From contig CAVJRB010000229.1 of the NCBI GenBank assembly GCA_963651655.1, positions 5,007 to 41,382 on the forward strand: a stretch of DNA of 36,376 bases. The letters run 5' to 3'. A program made the translations under genes and the position numbers. This DNA is from a bacterium (lineage in GTDB: Bacteria > Bacillota > Clostridia > Lachnospirales > Lachnospiraceae). Positions 10,858 to 20,370 of the stretch are shown piece after piece; the stretch's first letter is position 1, and each line of letters begins with the position of its first letter. The notes under the pieces are model-generated. The model was not told the DNA's origin. It ran no database searches and saw nothing but the letters and a program-made list of their open reading frames with translations.

Positions 10858-13103
10858 AGACAGGTATGATCATAGCTGAGCGCTATGAAATTGTAAGCAA
10901 AATCGGTACCGGCGGAATGGCGGACGTATATAAGGCAATGGACCATAAACTGAACCGCTTTGTGGCAGTTAAGGTTCTGAAGCCGGAATTCCGGGAAGAT
11001 GCAACTTTTGTAAAGAAATTCAGAAGTGAGGCGCAGGCAGCAGCAGGACTGACGCATCCCAATATCGTCAATGTATTTGACGTAGGAGATGACGAGGGCG
11101 TTTATTACATTGTAATGGAACTGATCGAGGGAATTACCCTGAAGGAGTATATTTCCAAGAAAGGCAAGCTTTCCGTAAAGGAAGCAACCAGTATTGCCAT
11201 TCAGGTATCCATGGGACTGGAGGCTGCACACAGCCACGGAATTGTACACCGTGACGTGAAGCCGCAGAACATTATTATTTCTACAGACGGTAAAGTAAAG
11301 GTAACAGACTTTGGTATTGCCAGAGCCGCATCCTCCAATACCATCAGCTCCAATGTGATGGGATCTGTACATTACAGTTCACCGGAGCAGGTACGAGGCG
11401 GTTACAGCGATGAGAAGAGCGATATCTATTCATTGGGTATTACCTTATATGAGATGGTAACAGGCAGGGTTCCTTTTGACGGGGATACCACAGTTGCCAT
11501 TGCCATCAAGCATCTTCAGGAGGAGATGGTTCCGCCCAGCATCTATGCGCCGGACCTTCCGTACAGCTTGGAGCAGATCATTTTGAAATGTACCCAGAAG
11601 AGTGTGGATCGCAGATACAACAAGATGGAGGATGTGATCGCAGACCTGAAGCATTCCCTGATCGACCCACAGGGTGATTTTGTGAAGCTGACTTCTGTAG
11701 ATACAGATGCCAAGACCGTAGTAATCTCTGATGAGGAGCTTGGGGAGATCAAGCATACACCGAAGCAGTCCATAAAGGCTGACATTGAGGCTCTTGAGAA
11801 GGAACTCAATGAGACCAACTATGATGATTATGATCCGGATGAGGATGAAGACAGAGCCAGCTGTTCCCGCAGCAGAAGTAGCAGGGACCGTGACAGAGAT
11901 CGAGACAGAGACAGAGATGACAGAGAGCGCCGCCTTAAGAAAAAGAAAAGAGGCGTCAGCGTAGCCGGAAGCATTGTGGCTCTGATCGCAGGCGCAGCTG
12001 TTCTGATCGCTGTGATCATCGTTGCAGGAAAAGCAACCGGACTGATCGGTGGCGGAAATAAAGATAATACACAGGATCAGCAGGAGCAGACCACACAGCA
12101 GGACAACACAGATGACGGACTTGTACCCGTACCGGATCTGGTAGGCAAGACAGAGGCTGAGGCTCAGGAACTTCTGGCATCCCTGAATATCGGAATGAGC
12201 TATAAGGGGGAGGAAGCTTCCACTCAGGCGAAAGGCAATATTTCTTCCCAGGATCCTGTAGAGGGAACCAGAGTAGAGAAGAATTCAACAGTCAATTATT
12301 ATGTAAGTAAAGGTTCAGAAGAAATTACAGTACCGGATCTGTTCGGTCAGAATGGTGCTGCTGCACAGGAAACTCTGGAGAGCCAGGGCGTGAATGTTCA
12401 GATCAATAAGATCTATCCGGATGATACCTCTTCTGTGGATATCGGATGTGTACTGGATACAGAGCCGACAGCCGGCACAACTGTGAAGGCTGGAGATACC
12501 GTTACCCTTACCATCAGCCGAGGCATTGACTATGGCGACAGCGTACAGGTACCGGATGTAACCGGACTTGAGAAAAATGAAGCAATTGCCAAGCTTGGCA
12601 AATTCCTTAATATCAATGTGGAGACACAGGTAAGTACAGATGTTGCAGAGGGAACCGTTATTTCCCAGGATCCGATCGGATTTACGGATGATGATCCGGT
12701 TTACGGAAATCCTGACACAGATACCATTACCATTACCGTAAGCAGCGGTACACAGGATACCTCTGCTGCAGAGAGCACAGAAGATACAGCCCAGACGCAG
12801 ACCTCTTCAGACGCTTCTGCTGCAGCTGTTGCAAACGGCGAAATCTGGAAATGCACCCAGAGACTGAACACACCTACCGGATACACAGGCGGTCTTGTCA
12901 GACTGGAGCTGGTTCAGGAAGTGAGCGGAGTTCCCACTGCAAGCACTGTAGTAGACGGACAGCAGCTTACTTTCCCATATCAGCTGGACATCATCGGAGC
13001 ACCTGGTGTGGCTGAAGGTACCTTATATCTGTCCGAACAGCAGTCAGACGGAAGCTACCAGGAACTTGGACACTATCCGCTTACTTTTGAGAAAGCAGAG
13101 TAA
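10851..13103 (+). CDS. prkC: PASTA-domain Ser/Thr protein kinase (Stk1/PknB/PrkC)
   Basis: GTGGMADV, VAVK, HRDVKPQN, DFG, SPEQ; one TM; three PASTA-like repeats (VPVPDLVG, ITVPDLFG, VQVPDVTG). Confidence 0.95.
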   Translation: MLKTGMIIAERYEIVSKIGTGGMADVYKAMDHKLNRFVAVKVLKPEFREDATFVKKFRSEAQAAAGLTHPNIVNVFDVGDDEGVYYIVMELIEGITLKEYISKKGKLSVKEATSIAIQVSMGLEAAHSHGIVHRDVKPQNIIISTDGKVKVTDFGIARAASSNTISSNVMGSVHYSSPEQVRGGYSDEKSDIYSLGITLYEMVTGRVPFDGDTTVAIAIKHLQEEMVPPSIYAPDLPYSLEQIILKCTQKSVDRRYNKMEDVIADLKHSLIDPQGDFVKLTSVDTDAKTVVISDEELGEIKHTPKQSIKADIEALEKELNETNYDDYDPDEDEDRASCSRSRSSRDRDRDRDRDRDDRERRLKKKKRGVSVAGSIVALIAGAAVLIAVIIVAGKATGLIGGGNKDNTQDQQEQTTQQDNTDDGLVPVPDLVGKTEAEAQELLASLNIGMSYKGEEASTQAKGNISSQDPVEGTRVEKNSTVNYYVSKGSEEITVPDLFGQNGAAAQETLESQGVNVQINKIYPDDTSSVDIGCVLDTEPTAGTTVKAGDTVTLTISRGIDYGDSVQVPDVTGLEKNEAIAKLGKFLNINVETQVSTDVAEGTVISQDPIGFTDDDPVYGNPDTDTITITVSSGTQDTSAAESTEDTAQTQTSSDASAAAVANGEIWKCTQRLNTPTGYTGGLVRLELVQEVSGVPTASTVVDGQQLTFPYQLDIIGAPGVAEGTLYLSEQQSDGSYQELGHYPLTFEKAE

Positions 13104-13106
13104 TCC

Positions 13107-13985
13107 ATGCAGGGAAAGATCATTAAAGGAATCGCAGGTTTTTATTACATTTACGCCGAGGACGGCAATGTGTATGAATGCAAGGCAAAGGGGATTTTCC
13201 GAAAGGATAATTTCAAACCTCTTGTAGGTGATAATGCGGAAATTTCCGTTCTGGATGAGGAGGCGAAGGAAGGCAGTGTAACTGCCATTCTTCCCCGCCG
13301 CAATTCCCTGATCCGTCCGGCAGTTGCCAATGTGGATCAGGCATTTGTTATTTTTGCAATGGAAGATCCAAAGCCGAATTTTCTTCTTCTGGACAGATTT
13401 CTGATCATGATGGAGCAGCAGGGGATTCCTGCTGTTATCTGTTTTAACAAGAAGGATCTGGGAGAGAAGGAAGAACTGGAGAAGCTGTACCAGACCTATA
13501 CAGGCTGCGGATATCAGGTGGTTTTGTCAAGTACCTTAAAGGGAGAGGGAATCGATGAAATCCGTCAGATCCTGAGAGGAAAGACGACTGTGGTGGCCGG
13601 ACCGTCCGGTGTAGGTAAATCCTCCATCACCAACTGCATGCAGGGTGAAATCCAGATGGAGACCGGAGAAATCAGCCGGAAGCTGAAAAGAGGAAAGCAC
13701 ACCACCAGGCATTCCCAGGTAATTCCTGTGGAGAAGGATACCTTCCTTGTGGATACTCCGGGATTTTCTTCCTTGTATCTTACGGATATGGAAGAAGATG
13801 AACTGAGAAATTATTTTCCGGAATTTCTGAGATATGAACCACAGTGCCGTTTCCAGGGATGCAGACACATCCACGAACCGGACTGCGGCGTTAAGAAAGC
13901 ACTGGCAGAGGGGAAGATCAGCCAGCTGCGTTATGATGATTATCTGGCATTATATGAGGAATTAAAAGAGAAAAGGAGATACTAA
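13107..13985 (+). CDS. rsgA: Ribosome small subunit-dependent GTPase A
   Basis: Circularly permuted GTPase: NKKD, GPSGVGKS, RGKHTT, DTPG; C-terminal CRFQGCRHIHEPDC Zn finger. Confidence 0.96.
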   Translation: MQGKIIKGIAGFYYIYAEDGNVYECKAKGIFRKDNFKPLVGDNAEISVLDEEAKEGSVTAILPRRNSLIRPAVANVDQAFVIFAMEDPKPNFLLLDRFLIMMEQQGIPAVICFNKKDLGEKEELEKLYQTYTGCGYQVVLSSTLKGEGIDEIRQILRGKTTVVAGPSGVGKSSITNCMQGEIQMETGEISRKLKRGKHTTRHSQVIPVEKDTFLVDTPGFSSLYLTDMEEDELRNYFPEFLRYEPQCRFQGCRHIHEPDCGVKKALAEGKISQLRYDDYLALYEELKEKRRY

Positions 13986-13989
13986 AACT

Positions 13990-14661
13990 ATGTATCAGCT
14001 ATGCCCTTCCATTTTATCAGCGGATTTTAACCGCCTGGGCGAACAGATTAAAATTCTTGAAAACGAAGGAGTACAGTGGCTCCACATTGACGTTATGGAT
14101 GGGGATTTCGTTCCAAGCATTTCTTTTGGAATGCCTGTGATCAAATCCATCCGTAAGGAATCCAAGATGTTTTTTGATGTTCATCTTATGGTGACAGAGC
14201 CGGAGAGATACATTCAGGATTTTGTGAACTGCGGTGCAGATTCCATTACCGTACATGCAGAAGCCTGTGAGGATCTGGAAAGGACAATTGAGCGCATCAA
14301 GGACGCTGGCGTGAAGGTGGGAGTCTCCATCAAGCCTGCGACTCCGGTGAATGACATCAGCCATATGCTGGAGGATGTGGATATGGTCCTTGTGATGACG
14401 GTTCAGCCAGGATTTGGCGGACAGAAATATATGGATGAGTGTACAGAGAAGATTCAGGAACTGAGAGAACTGATCGACAAAGAGAATCTGGATGTGAATA
14501 TTGAGGTAGACGGCGGAATCAATGAGGGTACTCTTGAGACTGTTATGAAGGCCGGGGCGAATATTTTTGTTGCCGGATCCTGGGTATTTGGCGGTGACAT
14601 CGCAGAGAATGTCCGTCACATTCAGAAAGAAATTGAAGAAATCAGCGACCGAATCGAGTGA
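13990..14661 (+). CDS. rpe: Ribulose-phosphate 3-epimerase
   Basis: PSILSADF, HIDVMDG, DVHLM, PGFGGQ, EVDGG. Confidence 0.96.
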   Translation: MYQLCPSILSADFNRLGEQIKILENEGVQWLHIDVMDGDFVPSISFGMPVIKSIRKESKMFFDVHLMVTEPERYIQDFVNCGADSITVHAEACEDLERTIERIKDAGVKVGVSIKPATPVNDISHMLEDVDMVLVMTVQPGFGGQKYMDECTEKIQELRELIDKENLDVNIEVDGGINEGTLETVMKAGANIFVAGSWVFGGDIAENVRHIQKEIEEISDRIE

Positions 14662-14669
14662 GATACAGT

Positions 14670-15347
14670 ATGACAGACACAGTAATCGTAAGCGGGGGCA
14701 TGATCCAGAAAGATTTTGCCCTCGATTTTTTAAAAAAACTGCAAAAAGAGAATGAAGACCAAAAGCTGCAGCTTGTGGCAGCTGACCGGGGACTGGACTT
14801 TTTCAGAGAGACCGGGCTGGTGCCGGATCTTGCAGACGGAGATTTTGACAGCGTATCTGAGGAGGGAAAGGCATACCTTGACAGCCTGACCAGAACCAGA
14901 ATTATGAAGCTTCAGCCGGAAAAGGATGATACGGACACACAGTCTGCATTAAACCTGGTGATTGATCAGGGGGCACGCAGCATTTTGATCCTGGGAGCTA
15001 CAGGAGGCAGGCTGGACCACTTCCTTGGCAATCTGGGACTTCTTACCCTGGGAAAACAAAGAGGTGTAAAGGTTGCCCTGGCAGATGAACAGAACTATAT
15101 TTGTCTCGTTGATAGTGGAACCAGGCTTTACAGGGAAAGACAGTTTGGAAAGTATGTGTCCTTTTTCCCGGTAGGAGGGGATGTTAAGGGATTTACCCTT
15201 GAGGGCTTTAAGTATACAGTGGCAGGATATAATCTGACCGTTGCGGACAGCGGACGTACTGTGAGCAATGAGATCCAGGAAGAAGAGGCAGTCGTCAGCT
15301 ATGAGAGCGGCAGCCTTCTTATGATCATGTCCCGGGACCGCAGATAA
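14670..15347 (+). CDS. thiN: Thiamine diphosphokinase
   Basis: AADRG, GDFDS, EKDDTDT, GATGGRLDH; synteny after rpe. ATG 14670 (MTDTVIVSGG) preferred; GTG 14658 is an alternative start. Confidence 0.92.
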   Translation: MTDTVIVSGGMIQKDFALDFLKKLQKENEDQKLQLVAADRGLDFFRETGLVPDLADGDFDSVSEEGKAYLDSLTRTRIMKLQPEKDDTDTQSALNLVIDQGARSILILGATGGRLDHFLGNLGLLTLGKQRGVKVALADEQNYICLVDSGTRLYRERQFGKYVSFFPVGGDVKGFTLEGFKYTVAGYNLTVADSGRTVSNEIQEEEAVVSYESGSLLMIMSRDRR

Positions 15348-15386
15348 AGAATTAAAGATAACTGCACAGACCACATACAGTTGCAA

Positions 15387-15415
15387 TTTACTTTTGAAAC
15401 GCTGTGTGGTATGAT
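15387..15415 (+). promoter_or_regulatory. sigmaA promoter of ychF-lgt
   Basis: TTTACT (15387-15392), 17 bp, TATGAT (15410-15415) with extended TG at 15407-15408. Confidence 0.65.
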
Positions 15416-15496
15416 TTAACAGTATTGGGCTGCAGGGCAGCCGTATTACATTAAGAATTGGTATTTCGGAAGAAATACAAGGAGGAATATACAGAA

Positions 15497-16594
15497 ATGA
15501 AATTAGGTATCGTTGGTTTACCAAACGTAGGAAAAAGTACACTTTTTAACTCTTTAACAAAGGCAGGAGCAGAATCTGCCAACTATCCATTCTGTACCAT
15601 TGACCCTAACGTGGGCGTTGTTACTGTACCGGATGAGAGACTGGCTCTGCTTGGAGATTTCTATCATTCCAAGAAGGTAACACCTGCAGTTATCGAGTTT
15701 GTTGATATTGCCGGACTTGTAAAGGGCGCATCCAAGGGCGAAGGTCTTGGAAACCAGTTCCTTGCAAATATCCGTGAAGTAGATGCAATCGTACATGTAG
15801 TACGCTGCTTTGAGGATACCAATGTAATCCACGTAGACGGAAGCATTGATCCGATCCGTGACATTGAGACCATCAATCTGGAGCTGATCTTCTCTGACCT
15901 TGAGATCCTGGAGAGAAGAATTGCCAAGGTTACCAAGACCGCACGTATGGATAAGGAAGCTGCCAAGGAGCTTGACTTCCTTCAGAAGATCAAGAAATGG
16001 CTGGAAGACGGCAAGATGGCAATTACCATGGAGCTTGAGAATGAGGATGAGGAAGCATGGATGGGAACCTATAACCTGCTTACCCAGAAGCCAGTGATCT
16101 ATGCAGCCAATGTTGCAGAGGATGATCTTGCAAACGACGGAGCTGACAATGCCCATGTTCAGGCTGTAAGAAAGTATGCAGCAGAGCAGAACAGCGAGAT
16201 TTTCGTGATCTGTGCCCAGATTGAGGAAGAGATTTCCGAGCTGGATGAGGATGAGAGAAAAATGTTCTTAGAGGATCTTGGTCTTAAGGAGTCCGGCCTT
16301 GAGAAGCTGGTAAAAGCAAGCTATCATCTTCTTGGCCTGATGAGCTTCCTTACTTCCGGTGAAGATGAGACAAGAGCATGGACCATCAAGATTGGAACCA
16401 AAGCACCTCAGGCAGCTGGTAAGATCCACTCTGATTTCGAGAGGGGATTTATTAAGGCTGAGGTAGTGAACTATCAGGATCTTCTGGACTGCGGTTCCTA
16501 TGCAGGGGCAAGAGAGAAAGGCCTTGTAAGAATGGAAGGTAAGGATTATGTGGTACAGGACGGCGATGTAATCTTATTCCGTTTTAACGTATAA
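15497..16594 (+). CDS. ychF: Redox-regulated ATPase YchF (OBG family)
   Basis: [31 protein letters not shown]-terminal TGS domain ([11 protein letters not shown]). Start moved to ATG 15497, which follows SD AAGGAGG. Confidence 0.97.
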   Translation: MKLGIVGLPNVGKSTLFNSLTKAGAESANYPFCTIDPNVGVVTVPDERLALLGDFYHSKKVTPAVIEFVDIAGLVKGASKGEGLGNQFLANIREVDAIVHVVRCFEDTNVIHVDGSIDPIRDIETINLELIFSDLEILERRIAKVTKTARMDKEAAKELDFLQKIKKWLEDGKMAITMELENEDEEAWMGTYNLLTQKPVIYAANVAEDDLANDGADNAHVQAVRKYAAEQNSEIFVICAQIEEEISELDEDERKMFLEDLGLKESGLEKLVKASYHLLGLMSFLTSGEDETRAWTIKIGTKAPQAAGKIHSDFERGFIKAEVVNYQDLLDCGSYAGAREKGLVRMEGKDYVVQDGDVILFRFNV

Positions 16595-16635
16595 TGATCA
16601 ATGCGATCCAACCGAAAGAGACAGAGGGATAATAA

Positions 16636-18048
16636 ATGTCAATTCAGTTTCCAAATCTGGGGATCAACCTGGATTATGTGGGAAAATCCATTCGCATATT
16701 TGGATTTGAAATTACCTTCTTCGGTCTTCTGATTGCAGCCGGAATGCTTCTGGGACTGGGATTCATAGTCCTTGAGGCAAGAAGATGCGGAGAGAAAGAA
16801 GATGATTACCTGGAAATGATGATCCTCTCACTGGTGACGGGAGTGATCGGTGCAAGAGCACTTTATGTATGTTTTTCCTGGAATCTTTACAAAGGAAATG
16901 TGAATCAGATCTTCAATTTAAGAAGCGGCGGCCTTGCTTTTTACGGCGGGCTGTTCGGCGGCATGCTGGGCGCAGCCATCTACTGTGCCATCCGCAAAAA
17001 GGCCTTCATGCAGATGGCAGATACTGCCTGTATGGGACTGGTGATCGCGCAGATAATAGGAAGGTGGGGGGATTTCTTTAACCGGGAATCCTTCGGTGAA
17101 TATACCAACAGCATATTTGCAATGCAGCTTCCTTTATCCGCTGTGCGTTCCAGTGAAGTCACATCCGTTATGAGGGAGAATCTTGAGACCATAGGCGGCG
17201 TTTCCTATATTCAGGTTCATCCGGTCTTTCTTTACGAAAGTCTGTGGTGCCTGCTTTTGTTCCTGCTCATGCTTGTGTGGAAAAGAAAGAAACGCTTTCA
17301 TGGAGAGGTATTCTTAAGATATCTGGCCGGATACGGACTTGGCAGATTCATTCTGGAATATCTGAGAACAGACAAGCTGATGATTCCCGGAACTTCCATT
17401 GGAATTTGCCAGGTGATCTCAGCAGCACTGTTTCTCATATGTGCGGTAGTGGTAACTGTGGAGAGCTCTATGGCGAAGAAGAGAGCTGCAAGGCGCAGAC
17501 GCAGGAGAGAACAGGATTATGAAGCACAGGAAATGGCGGCCAGACAGGCTGAAGCGGAAGAATACAGAGACAGGCTTAAGCTTGAGCGGGCTTTTGCAGA
17601 TGAAAAGAAAGGCAGTGTCCCGGAAGCATATTCCGGCAGTGTTCCGGTCTATGAAAGCCAGGAAGAAGAAAGCACTCAGGCTGATCCAAAGGAAGAAGAG
17701 ACTGCCGGATCAGCTTCTGACCAGGTGGAAGAAGCTGCAAAGGATGGCTATGAAGAAGTCTCTGAAAATCAGGAAGCAGCTGCTGGCGAAGACGCTGAGA
17801 CTGAAGAAACAGCTTCGGAAGAATACGAAGAAAATGAAGGCGATGAAGCCGTATCTGAGGAAGCGCTTCAGGAAGACGGCAGCTTACAAAAAGACGATTC
17901 CGCCTATGAAGAGGTGGAAGAGACTGCTGCACCTGATGGAACAGAAGCTGCTTCTGCAGCGGATCCATCACTTTCAGAAGATGATGAGTGGCTGTATAGC
18001 AAGCCGCGCAGATTTGCGAAAAAACCTGCCAATGAGCAGAAAAATTGA
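16636..18048 (+). CDS. lgt: Prolipoprotein diacylglyceryl transferase-like protein with long acidic C-terminal extension
   Basis: GAR, GGLAFYGG, GRWGDFFNRESFG (Lgt signature variant), HPVFLYE, GRFILEYLR; multiple TMs; residues ~277-470 form a charged low-complexity tail. Confidence 0.85.
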   Translation: MSIQFPNLGINLDYVGKSIRIFGFEITFFGLLIAAGMLLGLGFIVLEARRCGEKEDDYLEMMILSLVTGVIGARALYVCFSWNLYKGNVNQIFNLRSGGLAFYGGLFGGMLGAAIYCAIRKKAFMQMADTACMGLVIAQIIGRWGDFFNRESFGEYTNSIFAMQLPLSAVRSSEVTSVMRENLETIGGVSYIQVHPVFLYESLWCLLLFLLMLVWKRKKRFHGEVFLRYLAGYGLGRFILEYLRTDKLMIPGTSIGICQVISAALFLICAVVVTVESSMAKKRAARRRRRREQDYEAQEMAARQAEAEEYRDRLKLERAFADEKKGSVPEAYSGSVPVYESQEEESTQADPKEEETAGSASDQVEEAAKDGYEEVSENQEAAAGEDAETEETASEEYEENEGDEAVSEEALQEDGSLQKDDSAYEEVEETAAPDGTEAASAADPSLSEDDEWLYSKPRRFAKKPANEQKN

Positions 18049-18127
18049 CGGTATGATCGCCAGATATCACGATCTTGCCGGGCAGAATGAAAGATTTTGA
18101 CTATTCCAAAAAGGGATGGAAGGCGAA

Positions 18128-18167
18128 GCGCCGCTTTGGTGAATGACTCATCAAAGCGGCGTTTTTT
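18128..18167 (+). terminator. Intrinsic terminator after lgt
   Basis: CGCCGCTTTGGTGA-ATGAC-TCATCAAAGCGGCG stem followed by T6. Confidence 0.85.
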
Positions 18168-18223
18168 CTGTGTTTGTAAGGACTTTGTAACACAATTATG
18201 TAATAGATTTCATAATTTGCCAC

Positions 18224-18252
18224 TTGTAATTTAGAAGCAAATGGGTTAGAAT
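18224..18252 (+). promoter_or_regulatory. sigmaA promoter of mraZ (dcw cluster)
   Basis: TTGTAA (18224-18229), 17 bp, TAGAAT (18247-18252). Confidence 0.75.
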
Positions 18253-18260
18253 AAACGCAT

Positions 18261-18310
18261 AAGTGGTAGGAAGTGGAGGAAAGTGGTGACAAATGGGGAC
18301 GAAGTGGCAG
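18261..18310 (+). promoter_or_regulatory. MraZ operator: 10-bp-period (A)AGTGG direct repeats
   Basis: aagtggtagg / aagtggagga / aagtggtgac / aaatggggac / gaagtggcag just downstream of the -10; resembles the known GTGG-type MraZ binding repeats upstream of mraZ. Confidence 0.85.
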
Positions 18311-18380
18311 AACTTCCATTTGTTTCCCATCATGGAATACGAGGGGGAGACTCGTATTTCACGAGAGTAGGTGAGTTTCT

Positions 18381-18812
18381 ATGTTCATGGGAGAGTACAA
18401 TCACACAATCGACGCGAAGGGGCGTCTGATTATCCCGGCGAAGTTCAGGGAACTCTTAGGAGAAGAGTTCGTACTGACCAAGGGACTTGATGGTTGTCTT
18501 TTTATTTATCCGATGGATGAATGGGAAGCCTTTGAAGAGAAGCTCAGAGCATTACCACTTACAAACAAAAACGCTAGAGCCTTTTCGCGATTCTTTGTAG
18601 CTGGAGCTACCATGTGTGAACTGGACAAGCAGGGGAGAATTCTCGTACCTCAGACGTTACGTGAGTTCGCTGGTCTGGAGAAGGACGTGGTCCTGACAGG
18701 CAACTTGAACAGAGTTGAGGTCTGGAGCAAGGAGAAATGGAGCGAGAATTGCAATTTTGACGATATGGACAGCATTGCAGAGAGCATGGAAAGCATCGGT
18801 ATCGTTATCTGA
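18381..18812 (+). CDS. mraZ: Division/cell wall cluster transcriptional repressor
   Basis: [19 protein letters not shown], second DKQGRI motif, 143 aa. Confidence 0.97.
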   Translation: MFMGEYNHTIDAKGRLIIPAKFRELLGEEFVLTKGLDGCLFIYPMDEWEAFEEKLRALPLTNKNARAFSRFFVAGATMCELDKQGRILVPQTLREFAGLEKDVVLTGNLNRVEVWSKEKWSENCNFDDMDSIAESMESIGIVI

Positions 18813-18847
18813 GCATAGAACAAGCAGAAATCCAACAGGAGACGGAA

Positions 18848-19783
18848 ATGGAATTTAAACACAAATCTGTATTACTGGACGAGACCGTTGGCGGGCTTAA
18901 CATCAAGCCGGATGGAATCTATGTGGATGGCACTTTGGGCGGCGCTGGACATGCCATAGAGGTATGCAGGAAACTTTCTGCCAAGGGGAGATTTATTGGT
19001 ATAGATCAAGACCAGGATGCGATAATTGCTGCGAGTGAACGACTTGCCGCCTTTGATCAGGTGACAATCATTCGCAGCAATTATTGTTACATGGTACCGG
19101 AACTCGCCGCAAGGGGAGTTCACAAGGTAGATGGTATTGTGCTGGATCTGGGAGTATCCTCATATCAGCTGGACAATGAAGAACGTGGATTTACCTACCG
19201 GGTAGATGCACCTCTTGACATGCGTATGGACCAGAGACAGACTCAGACCGCCAGTGACATTGTAAACGGTTACGAAGAAAGAGAACTATATCGCATTATA
19301 CGCGATTACGGTGAAGATAAATTTGCTAAGAATATAGCGAAACATATTGTTGCCGCAAGGCAGCAGGCCCCGATCACCACCACAGGGCAGCTTACACAGA
19401 TCATACGGGAATCCATTCCTATGAAGATACAGGCAGCAGGCGGACATCCTGCCAAGCGTACCTTCCAGGCAATCCGTATTGAGCTGAACAAGGAGCTGGA
19501 TGTACTTCGGGATTCCCTTGACGGGATGATCGATCTTCTGGATGATGGCGGAAGGCTTTGTATTATTACGTTCCATTCCCTGGAAGACAGAATCGTCAAG
19601 ACCATCTTCCGCAAGAATGAGAATCCCTGTACCTGTCCGCCGGATTTTCCGGTTTGCGTGTGCGGGAAGAAGTCCAAAGGAAAAGTGATCACCAGGAAGC
19701 CGATTCTTCCCAGTGATGAGGAAATGGAAACAAATCCGCGTTCTAAGAGCGCAAAACTTAGAATTTTTGAGCGAAGGATTTAA
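18848..19783 (+). CDS. rsmH: 16S rRNA m4C1402 methyltransferase
   Basis: [47 protein letters not shown]. Confidence 0.97.
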   Translation: MEFKHKSVLLDETVGGLNIKPDGIYVDGTLGGAGHAIEVCRKLSAKGRFIGIDQDQDAIIAASERLAAFDQVTIIRSNYCYMVPELAARGVHKVDGIVLDLGVSSYQLDNEERGFTYRVDAPLDMRMDQRQTQTASDIVNGYEERELYRIIRDYGEDKFAKNIAKHIVAARQQAPITTTGQLTQIIRESIPMKIQAAGGHPAKRTFQAIRIELNKELDVLRDSLDGMIDLLDDGGRLCIITFHSLEDRIVKTIFRKNENPCTCPPDFPVCVCGKKSKGKVITRKPILPSDEEMETNPRSKSAKLRIFERRI

Positions 19784-19796
19784 AGAAGGGTAAAAA

Positions 19797-20348
19797 ATGG
19801 CGAAGACAGGCAGACATACTACTTCCAGAAGAAGTTCACAGAGCATGTATGTTGATGGCAACACTGTGCGTAAAGTACAGGAAGTCCCTACAAGAAGGGA
19901 GTACCGTCAGCCAGAGCATTCAGTTAGAAAGAAACAGGCAAGACCCGCACTTGGCCCAGGTCAGGAACTGACCCGTCAGGGCAAATCCCTTTCCAGGGAA
20001 GCGCGTCGAAACCGTGCCAAGGCCAACAACATGAACCGGAATTTTGCCATATTTCTGGGCGTGCTTGGCGTTATAGTGGTATTTTGCAGCATCAATTATC
20101 TGCGTCTGAAAACAGAATGCACCAGCAAAAGAAGCCAGGTGGCTTCCTTAGAGTCCCAGTTAGCAGAGCTGAAGGAAGACAACGATGCATATGAAAGTCA
20201 GGTAACATCCAGCGAGGATCTTGAAAGAATACGAAAGATCGCGATTGGACGACTGGGAATGAAATATCCAAGCAACCAGCAGACAGAGACCTATACAACT
20301 GAGGGCGGCAGCTTTGTCCGGCAGTATCAGGAAGTAACCGGGAAGTAA
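19797..20348 (+). CDS. ftsL: FtsL-like cell division protein
   Basis: Located between rsmH and bPBP; basic cytoplasmic N-terminus, one TM, coiled coil, and ERIRKIAIGRLGM motif. Confidence 0.8.
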   Translation: MAKTGRHTTSRRSSQSMYVDGNTVRKVQEVPTRREYRQPEHSVRKKQARPALGPGQELTRQGKSLSREARRNRAKANNMNRNFAIFLGVLGVIVVFCSINYLRLKTECTSKRSQVASLESQLAELKEDNDAYESQVTSSEDLERIRKIAIGRLGMKYPSNQQTETYTTEGGSFVRQYQEVTGK

Positions 20349-20370
20349 GGGAATGAAGGCAGGTGTTTGA

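Noticed and set aside
17519..18100. 193-aa K/R-rich +1 frame ORF overlapping the lgt tail
   Set aside because: GAA-rich acidic coding sequence read out of frame gives Lys/Arg runs; no SD and no obvious frameshift signal.
18261..18310. Direct repeats as a CRISPR or iteron array
   Set aside because: 10-bp period without spacers, directly upstream of mraZ; explained as the MraZ operator.
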